A stretch of 20,076 nt of DNA from a bacterium (GTDB taxonomy: Bacteria; Zhuqueibacterota; Zhuqueibacteria; Oceanimicrobiales; Oceanimicrobiaceae): contig JBHHXN010000092.1 in assembly GCA_046757025.1 (NCBI GenBank), positions 1 through 20,076 on the forward strand, read 5' to 3'. Under the pieces are notes generated by a model. That model saw only the letters and a program-made list of their open reading frames with translations. It made no database searches and had not been told where the DNA came from. Of this stretch, positions 9,216-17,209 are shown piece after piece. Numbering within the stretch: the stretch's first letter is position 1; the number at the start of each line of letters is the position of its first letter. The position numbers were made by a program, and so were the translations under genes.

Positions 9216-9435
9216 GGAAATAGCAACCAGTAGAAGCCGGACTAAAGGAGGTGATGGCTATATGGCGATATTGTGAATTTGTCAAATTAAGCGCCCCCAG
9301 TGCATAGTATCCAGGAAAATCGCTGGCAACGAATTTCAATGACCCGGGAAGCAATCCCGGACCGGGATAACTGTTTCCTGAGGGCTTGTTAATTTAACCT
9401 ATTATGCCCAAAAAATCAAGGCAAAGGAGATTATC

Positions 9436-12400
9436 ATGTTAAGGAAAGATTCTCTTCAGATGTGGATAAACCGTACTCTGTTTTGCAAGGATACATTCTT
9501 TTGATTACGGTTTTGTCTCTTTTCTTACTATCAATAAGCAGTTCCCTTACCTTAGCCCAGCCTACGAATGCTGAGGACACAATTCTTTATTCCGAAGCCC
9601 CGATCATCTTTGAAAATGGGATCAAGAAATCCAACGCTTTAACTGTCAAGTTCCGGATCCGAGTCCTGGATCTTCCAAAGGGTGTCCGGGAAGCCGGTTT
9701 AGAACAAATCGATCCAGCTTTTTCAAATATAACCCGGTTTTTCGACGAATTGCAACTGAAGTATCCGGACGTCACGTTGCGCAAACAGATTCCAAACGCG
9801 GTCTGGGGCGACACCTTACGAGTGAATCGAAACTCTGGAAGACAGGTCAGTGTGCATGATATGTCGCAACTGTTCACCGTGAAGTTTTCGCAATTTGTGC
9901 CAATTGATTCGCTCATTCAGGAATTAGAGCAATTACCGGAAGTAGAATATGCGCATCAGCCCGTGCAGGTGATCCTGGCGGTTGACCCGGATGACCCGAA
10001 CTATCCCGCTAACCAGTGGAACTTAACCAAAGTCAATGCTGCTGCTGCATGGGATATTACCAGGGGCAGCAGCAGTATTGTTGTGGGGATTATCGATCCT
10101 AAGGGGGTAAAACGCGCTCATGAGGATTTCACAAACAGGGACCAAACCAGTCAGTTTGTCGCCGGCAAAGGAGATACCGAATTTACGGAAAGCCATGGAA
10201 CCCAGGTGGCTGGTGTAGTGGCGGCAGCGACGGACAACACGAAGGGGATTGCCAGTTTGGGGTGGAATATTAAGATGATTCCATATAAATGGGATAACGC
10301 TGAGGACTTTGATGAGGCAAGTGCGCAAAATCTTGCGAACAAAATTTTCGAAGCACGGAATGATCCAATAGATGTTCTTAACTTAAGTTTTTTTACCGGA
10401 ATAGAATTCCTAAATATTCTAGATTGTCCACCGAAAGAATGTGTGCGTTCTGAGGACTATAACAGCGTAAGAGATGAAATTGAGAATGCGATAAATAGTG
10501 GCATCATTGTGGTGGCGTCAACCGGTAACGGACCGATAAATCAACAATTGGGTAGAGGGTGGTGTTTTGATTGTGAATCTTTCCCTTACATTCCTTATCC
10601 TGCGGCTTATCCGGGTGTCATCGGCGTCAGTGCCACCGAACAAGATGACAGTTTTCACACAGGATATAATTATGAAACGGGTGATGGAGGAGAAGCTGAT
10701 TTCATCGATGTGGCTGCTCCCGGGAAAGATATCCTGAGTACATCCATTTCCGGATATTATTCAGAAGATGGCACCTCATTCGCTGCGCCCTTGGTTGCAG
10801 CGTTGGCCGGGCTTGTTAAATCAGTTAATCCAAATTTAAGTCGCAGCCAGGTTGAGCAAATAATCACATCGACTACTCTGGATTTGGGAGCCTCAGGACG
10901 TGATAACTTCTATGGCTACGGCCGCATCCAGGCCCAAGAGGCGGTTTTAAAGGCGGCTAAAAAATCTCTCAATGCAGACGCGACGGCTCACAATGGCGGG
11001 CGTCGCCTGGTTCGGGATAGTTCTGGAAACTATCACCTGATTTTTGGGTCCAACGGGGAAATATTCTACCGTAAGATAGTGGGAGGGAGTTCCTGGCAGT
11101 CTGCACACCAACTGAGCAGTGGCAACGGCAACAACAACTTTCCCTCCATTGCCGAACGCGGCGGCAAAGTCTTCGTCACCTGGCAAAGGAACACCGGCAG
11201 CAGCCACGACGTCTATTTTCACAAAAGCACCGACGGCGGCGCTTCCTGGCCGTCGGGCAACCGCCAGGTTCTTGCCACCAATGTCGGTACCTCTGACCCG
11301 CTGCCGGTTATCGCCAGTCCCGCCACCAACGAGCTCATGCTGGTCTATCGCTCAAACAGTGGTCTGGTATGGAAACGCAGTACAGATAATGGAGCAAATT
11401 GGACTACTTCTGGCGTTTTTACTGGCTCAACTTTCAACTCGCCAAGTGTGGCGCCAGGTAAAACCCCCTGGAATGCCGATATTACGGTGTTGGCTTACGC
11501 TACGGCCGAAATCCCCAATACCTCCGATATTAAAGTCGACTATCATTCCAGTAGCTGGTCAAATGAGAAAAACCTAACTTCTGACCTGCCCGGAAACCTA
11601 AGTCAACACGCTCATCCTTCCATCGCGTTCAGCGGTAACTTCAACTCCATCACCCATGTTGCCTGGGACGCTCACGATTCATTTCGGTCGGCACGGGTGA
11701 TTCTACACAAGAAGATGGGCTTCTGGAGCGTTCCCAGCACCTAACATGAATTTTATTACCAAACTGAAGACCGACCGAGTATCACGGGACTGGCGGGTTC
11801 TAAAGCAGCCATTGCCTACCGGAGAGGTTCAGCTTATGTTTTTACCCGCACCTTCGATGGCAGTTACTGGAGCAGTTTCGCATCTGCGGCCGGGATGTAC
11901 CCTTCGTTCTCTGTAGGCAGCACCCAGGCCAGGTATGTGACGACCACCGGCAGCGCCGCGCCTTATGAAATCGACCTCAGTTCAACCACCTTTAGCAAGT
12001 CCGGAGTTCTTGTTGAGAACACCGGTACCACCGAAGGAAGCAGCGATTTTGCATACCTGCGGGCTGTGGGTCTCAAAGACAAAGAATCTGGTGCCTGGTT
12101 GAACGTGCGCGTGGAGAATTTTGTGGTGAAACACAGAGATGGTAGGGTTTCGAATATTGGCTTTTCCGTTGCGCCTTCAGATACGGTCGAGTTATCTGCT
12201 GAGCAGGCCTGGTCAGCTCTGGCTTCCGCGGATTTCACCCTGCCTACCGATGCCGACAGTCTGATTGTGGTTTTCGCTGTTGCCGGTGAGAAAGTTGCAA
12301 ACCTTGCAAACGGGCCGGGCGCGCTTGAAATTTTGTTTCAAATCCAAAATCCTCTAAATAAACAACTCGATAAGAAATTTCAACCCTTAAGATTCGCATC

Positions 12401-12887
12401 TAATGACGCTTTTAGCCGGCCCCACATGCGTGTTGGATTGAGCAGCCATAGCTTTGCTTCTGGAGTTGTCTTAAACTTCAAGACCATGCTCAACAATCAG
12501 AAATCCGACAGTATTCTCGTCGCCAGTTTAGGGCATGTTTATGATTACTCAGAGAATTCTACTAGCCCGGGATTTAAACAGGCGAGCAGTACCCATAGCA
12601 ATTTATCGCGTGTATTTGGTTTAGCGCAGAACTATCCGAATCCGTTCAATCCTGAAACCACGCTCTAGTACCATCTTGAGAATGCATCTGCCGTGACCTT
12701 GAAAATATACAATCTACTGGGAAAGAAAATTCGCACTTTGGTCGAGGGCGTGCAAAGAGCCGGACTGCACGAGATTCGCTGGGATGGCAAAGACGCCCGG
12801 GGGCAAACGGTTGCTTCGGGAATTTACGTAACTAAATTGCAGGTGGGTGAACAAATTTCGGTGATAAAGATGGCACTGTTGAAGTGA
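9436..12887 (+). pseudogene. Interrupted secreted S8 (subtilisin-like) peptidase with BNR-like repeats and C-terminal sorting domain
   Basis: ORFs 9462..11744, 11895..12668 and 12693..12887 share one frame and are separated only by TAA 11742-11744 and TAG 12666-12668, with sense codons in between. The TAG splits the motif NPFNPETTL*YHL. Catalytic motifs GIID, HGTQVAG, STGN and GTSFAAP are intact. The ATG at 9436 with the best RBS is out of frame. Confidence 0.8.
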
Positions 12888-12975
12888 ATGTTGCATAGCT
12901 TGCGTCTGATTTATAATCGTGCCCGGGCATACCACTCTTTCTTTTTTATGATCGCGAACGTCCTAACATATAGAG

Positions 12976-13006
12976 AAAAAGCCCGCGAACTGAATGCGGG
13001 CTTTTT
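12976..13006. terminator. Bidirectional rho-independent terminator
   Basis: AAAAAGCCCGC-gaactgaat-GCGGGCTTTTT lies between convergent genes and has a U-tract on both strands. Confidence 0.85.
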
Positions 13007-13033
13007 TAGATCAATCAATTTTAGAATTTAGCA

Positions 13034-14404
13034 TCATTTGCACAATCCTGCTGGAGTACTGCTGCTGCAAGAGTTGTTTTTCCAGGTGTTGGCCGTGCCG
13101 GCGGTACCAGCGCCGCTGGTATCGTCCACTGAGTCGGTGCTGCCGCTGCCGCTGATGTCGTTGTTGAATATGCGATTGTCTGCACCATCCCAGATGTGGA
13201 TTCCTTCTACGGCGCTGCCCTGAATATCGTTGATGATGATCAGATTGTTATTAGGAGTGGTAGAAATGGTGGTGGGATCGAAGTTCACTAAACTGACGCC
13301 GGTGTCGCCGCTGTCTTTGATATCGTTGTTTTTGATGAGATTGTTTTCTGGTGGGGTGACGCCGCAGCCGATATCGCCCCAGAATAAACCGATAAATTGC
13401 AAGCTGATGCCGTCGAAAACGCTGTCGTAGATATCGTTGTTGAGGATTTTAGCGCCATCATTGTCAGCCAGAGCGATGCCGAGATCCGCTGCGCGGACGG
13501 TATTGTTTTTCACATTGGTAGGGCCCGCACAAAATAGCAGGATTCCGCTGCCGGCACCGCCTGGCGGATTGGGTGACGGATTGTTGTTCACTTCATTACC
13601 CCGGACCTTGGCTTCGGCCCCGCGTGAAATCTGGATGCCGTTGGGCGCCCACACCCTCGGTAGTACCGGACCATCAATGTCACATTTTTTTACGGTGAGT
13701 TTTACACCCACACCATTTCCGTAAATACCCACACGAGTGTAATTGGAAACGATGGTTTTTTCAACCCTGACCTTTGCTTTGGCCCCACTCGATGACACGC
13801 GAATACCGATGCCCTGCTCGCTGCCGGAGGCATTGCGGATGTTTTTCACTTCGACATTCTTGATGCGGCCGTCGGATTCTTCGTAACGGATGCCGTAGTC
13901 GGTGCCGCCGGACATGGCCGATCCACCGTCAACGGTTAGCTCTTTGATGACCACCTTGCTGCCCGGCAGCACGTCGATGATCGGACCGTTGGTGCCGGCG
14001 ACGCCCGTCACATTGGTGGCGCCCACGCCGGAGCCTTCGAGTGTGACATCGGAACCGCCGGGAATGGTGACGTTTTCCGCATACGTGCCCGCACGAATAA
14101 TGATTTTTTCCGCGCCCGAATCCACCGCGTCCTGAATGGTGGTGAAATCTTCGCCGCCGTCATCGTCCACTACCACCGTGGCGCCACCTGCCAACTGATT
14201 CCTTTTAATGACGTCTTTTTTGACGAATTTGTCGCCTTCAAACTCCGGCAGCAAAGCGGGCTCCGCGGCCGGACGTTTGGCCATCTGCGGATTTTCCGGA
14301 TTGTATTTATGGATATCATCGACGGGATTGACGGCTTTCCCACAGCCGGAAATCAGCAACCCCAGCATGATCGACAGGACGATTAAAAATATGCATTGTT
14401 TCAT
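13034..14404 (-). CDS. Right-handed parallel beta-helix (pectin-lyase-like/NosD-type repeat) lipoprotein
   Basis: The start is placed at ATG 14404 with RBS GGAGGAG (14412-14418) and lipobox LISG|C. Motifs DFTTIQDAVD..IIIRAGTYAENV and many I-x-N-N-x-I / GI-x-L coils. Substrate unknown. Confidence 0.85.
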   Translation of the reverse strand: MKQCIFLIVLSIMLGLLISGCGKAVNPVDDIHKYNPENPQMAKRPAAEPALLPEFEGDKFVKKDVIKRNQLAGGATVVVDDDGGEDFTTIQDAVDSGAEKIIIRAGTYAENVTIPGGSDVTLEGSGVGATNVTGVAGTNGPIIDVLPGSKVVIKELTVDGGSAMSGGTDYGIRYEESDGRIKNVEVKNIRNASGSEQGIGIRVSSSGAKAKVRVEKTIVSNYTRVGIYGNGVGVKLTVKKCDIDGPVLPRVWAPNGIQISRGAEAKVRGNEVNNNPSPNPPGGAGSGILLFCAGPTNVKNNTVRAADLGIALADNDGAKILNNDIYDSVFDGISLQFIGLFWGDIGCGVTPPENNLIKNNDIKDSGDTGVSLVNFDPTTISTTPNNNLIIINDIQGSAVEGIHIWDGADNRIFNNDISGSGSTDSVDDTSGAGTAGTANTWKNNSCSSSTPAGLCK

Positions 14405-14891
14405 GGTAGTTCTCCTCCATTGAGTTGTTAGTTTGGTGTGAATTAATTTGTAAACAGGAAAAGTACTGGCGGACTTTTGTTGCGTTTTTGTACCTTCATG
14501 GTCGTAGTCCTCCAAAAGTGATTTTACACCATTGATTTCGGAAGATGTAAAAGGCGAGTGCGCCCCTTTATATATTGTGCAAAATCAACTGAACTGAGCA
14601 ATTCAGTGATTTGCCACCTTATATATATCAAAACTGCGGTGGAATAAAAACGCTTGAATAGAACCCCCAATTTAATGGAAGATGGGCAAAGAAACCCAGA
14701 AGTCGTGCCTGAAATTATGGTTCATTAGGAAGGATCACAACCCAACCCCAAGGAGAAAGAATTACCGAAATTCATAGACAACTCGCTATCGTCACTGATG
14801 GCTTTGTCAGAATGAATCGTCATCGAAGAAATAACCTGATTCTGAATGCAGCATCAAGTCGTAAACAGTAAAAGAACTAAGGAGACGTAAC

Positions 14892-14920
14892 AACATAACT
14901 ATTTTTTATGTCATTGTCAA
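14892..14920 (-). promoter_or_regulatory. Putative sigma-70 promoter facing the beta-helix gene
   Basis: Minus strand TTGACA (14920-14915), 17-nt spacer, TATGTT (14897-14892). Confidence 0.45.
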
Positions 14921-14939
14921 CTAATTTCTTTCAGTGGCC

Positions 14940-15065
14940 GGTGTTCACGCTTTATCGTGCTTTCCCCCACCCACCCGGCACGTTGAAGCGTGAACACCCA
15001 CCCCCCGGTGTTCGCGCCTTCGCGTGAATTTTCCTCACGCTCCAACAAGCTGAATCTTGAACACC
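14940..15065. repeat. Cluster of four REP-like palindromic units in two inverted doublets (REPIN/BIME-like)
   Basis: GGTGTTCACGCTTTATCGTGC (14940-14960) is inverted to GCACGTTGAAGCGTGAACACC (14978-14998), matching at 19/21. A second doublet is GGTGTTCGCGCCTTCGCGTG (15007-15026) with CAAGCTGAATCTTGAACACC (15046-15065). Confidence 0.8.
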
Positions 15066-15075
15066 GTATCCGAAT

Positions 15076-16758
15076 TCAACTGCCGTTGCTCAACCGCTCT
15101 GCCAGCGGATATTTTGGAACGATATCCACCGGAATGTCCTGCAATTTTTCCAAGCCGGCTTCGAGGACGGCGGGCAGATGTACGTATTTCTCAAACAATT
15201 TTTGCGTGCCGGCATAATCGCCATGGGCCTGCAGCACACACAGGTCGTGCACGATGTCGCGGATACCGTCCTCAAACGCTTCGAAGTCCACGGCAAATTT
15301 GCCGGTGGCTTGGTTAAATGAAATGGCGCCTTTCTCCAACAGGTAGTTAAATTGCAAAACCGTGCCTTTGCCGTGCGCCTCGCCAATGCCGAAACGGATG
15401 CTGCGAAACAAACCGGCAAGGTAGGTCACCGCGATTTCTTTGCGCATGGATGCCGGCAGCAGTCCTTTGTGGATCATGAAGTGGATATTGTAAACCCCCA
15501 TGACGTCGGCTTTGGCTTCTTCCATGGCGGAGTAGAGCTCTTTTAGCTCCAGGCGCACTTCGGTTTCGCGGCCGTCGATTTTAATTTTGCCCGGCCCCAG
15601 ACCGTGCGACAATTCATGAAACAGCACTTCGTTGGTGAAGGCCTCCGCAGACAGATAGGATAGCTGCTCCTCATTCACCAGCAGTTCGGCGATGGGTTTG
15701 AGGATTTTTTCGTATTTGGCGGCGATGACGTTGCGCAGCAGCACTTTTTTGCTGCCCTTTTGTTCCCGCACCACTTCGTCGTTGGGCAGATTAAACGCGA
15801 TGGTTTGAATACCCGATTTGGTGTCGCCGGCGGTGAAGACCACGTCCACCACGCGGATGGGCGATTCGGTACCGCGATTGAGATTTTTCATTTTTACTGG
15901 AATGGGCAGATTGATTTCCATGGCCGGCAGCTCGGCTTTGTAGCGCGCCAGCTTCTGGCTTTCCCCAGGGTCGGTGACGGTCACGAACGATTCGAAGGCG
16001 GCTTTGTAGCCAAACAGCTTGTCCTCGTAAACTTCGTAGGGCCCGATGGTAATTTCGATGGGACTTTCCAGATCCATCCAGTCCATGTCGCTTTGCCGGT
16101 AATCGTTGGTGAAAAAGGCGTCGGCGCGTGATTTCAGAAATTTTTTCAGCGAGGCATTCTCGGTGAGGTCCGCGGCTTCCCGCATGAGCTCGGCGGCCGG
16201 ATTCAGCCATTCTTTAAACGCGTCCGAATACGCCACTGCCGCCAGCGCGTCGGCTTTGCGCCGAACTAATGTGAAGAGACCTTTCAACGATTCCGCTTGC
16301 TCCGGGTGCGCTTCCAGATAATTGTTGAACTCCTCTTTGGTCATGTCGGCCGGGTAGTAACCCGCACCCGCCGGTTTGGGCATGCTGCCCACAAACGGCG
16401 GTTCGTGCTCGTCCAGCCGGTTCCAGGGACCGAACGAAATCTTGAAATACGCGTAAGCCGGCCGGCCCAGCTCATCCGTGCGTTCGGATAAAGCTTTCTC
16501 GTATCGGGGATTTTCCGGCCACACCTGGCGCAGAAAAATCTCGTCCATGTACTTGCTGGCCTGCACCAGTTTCGCCAGAGCCTGGCGCTCGTTTTCTGGT
16601 AAAAAGGAAATATCGGTGGTGATTTCTACTGGCGCGAATTTAGCCAACAGCTCTCCCACTTCTGGACTAATGGTCAAATCCAGCTTCTCAGTTTTGCTGC
16701 AACTGCAAAAAATTACAGCTGAGAAAATCAACAGAAACATGGTTTTTAGTTTGAGCAT
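15076..16758 (-). CDS. Peptidase M49 (dipeptidyl-peptidase III-like) lipoprotein
   Basis: 560-aa ORF with RBS AAGGAGG and lipobox IFCS|C. Motifs IGPYEVYED, AFNLPND, zinc site HELSH (15604-15618), EEAKAD, and RFG..EAHGKG. Confidence 0.92.
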   Translation of the reverse strand: MLKLKTMFLLIFSAVIFCSCSKTEKLDLTISPEVGELLAKFAPVEITTDISFLPENERQALAKLVQASKYMDEIFLRQVWPENPRYEKALSERTDELGRPAYAYFKISFGPWNRLDEHEPPFVGSMPKPAGAGYYPADMTKEEFNNYLEAHPEQAESLKGLFTLVRRKADALAAVAYSDAFKEWLNPAAELMREAADLTENASLKKFLKSRADAFFTNDYRQSDMDWMDLESPIEITIGPYEVYEDKLFGYKAAFESFVTVTDPGESQKLARYKAELPAMEINLPIPVKMKNLNRGTESPIRVVDVVFTAGDTKSGIQTIAFNLPNDEVVREQKGSKKVLLRNVIAAKYEKILKPIAELLVNEEQLSYLSAEAFTNEVLFHELSHGLGPGKIKIDGRETEVRLELKELYSAMEEAKADVMGVYNIHFMIHKGLLPASMRKEIAVTYLAGLFRSIRFGIGEAHGKGTVLQFNYLLEKGAISFNQATGKFAVDFEAFEDGIRDIVHDLCVLQAHGDYAGTQKLFEKYVHLPAVLEAGLEKLQDIPVDIVPKYPLAERLSNGS

Positions 16759-16847
16759 TTTTCCTCCTTAAGTTTCATTTTATTATTTACTTTATCGTAA
16801 ACAGATTTTATATTTAGTTGGTAAAAAACAATTCAGCAAGCGGGGTC

Positions 16848-16876
16848 ATAATAGCAATAAAATGAAATAATGTCAA
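16848..16876 (-). promoter_or_regulatory. Sigma-70 promoter with extended -10 for the M49 gene
   Basis: Minus strand TTGACA (16876-16871), a 17-nt spacer ending TGC, then TATTAT (16853-16848), about 90 nt upstream of the ATG. Confidence 0.7.
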
Positions 16877-16966
16877 GTTAATTTGCGGTTGCATTAATCG
16901 AGAGATTTTCCGTTTTTTAATCTAATAATAGTTGATAATTGGTGTTTGAACGAAGACACCCCAAAT

Positions 16967-17001
16967 TGTCATTTCAACAGAGCGCAGCGGAGGAGAAATC
17001 T
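16967..17001. repeat. REP-like element of the TGTCATTTC...GAGAAATCT type
   Basis: TGTCATTTCAACAGAGCGCAGCGGAGGAGAAATCT, in which ATTTC pairs with GAAAT. It resembles from memory a widespread intergenic palindromic repeat type, and no inverted partner is seen. Confidence 0.5.
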
Positions 17002-17021
17002 GGTTAGTCATATATGAATTG

Positions 17022-17047
17022 CGTTCCAAAATAGAAATTTTGGAACG
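17022..17047. repeat. Perfect 11-bp inverted repeat (REP-like element or operator)
   Basis: CGTTCCAAAAT-agaa-ATTTTGGAACG. Confidence 0.6.
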
Positions 17048-17209
17048 GGAGCGGCGTGGATTTTCTACCTAAATATGGCTTACAGTAATCATTTAATCCT
17101 TATGTTGATACAAAAACGTTGCTGATGGATTCGAAATAATATTCTCTGAATGAGTTATAAGTCAATCACTGTTTAAACTTTTTTTTAAAATATCACAAGG
17201 AGGTTTAAA

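Noticed and set aside
11742..12668. Selenocysteine, pyrrolysine or an alternative genetic code to explain the S8 in-frame stops
   Set aside because: Neither stop is TGA and one is TAA. TAA, TAG and TGA all end other genes at their natural C-termini, and no pyl/sel genes are in view.
11895..12887. ORFs 11895..12668 and 12693..12887 as independent genes
   Set aside because: They lack an RBS or signal peptide, share the S8 frame, and the sorting domain is split between them.
14940..15065. CRISPR array
   Set aside because: The units alternate in orientation, are degenerate and irregularly spaced, and no cas genes are present.
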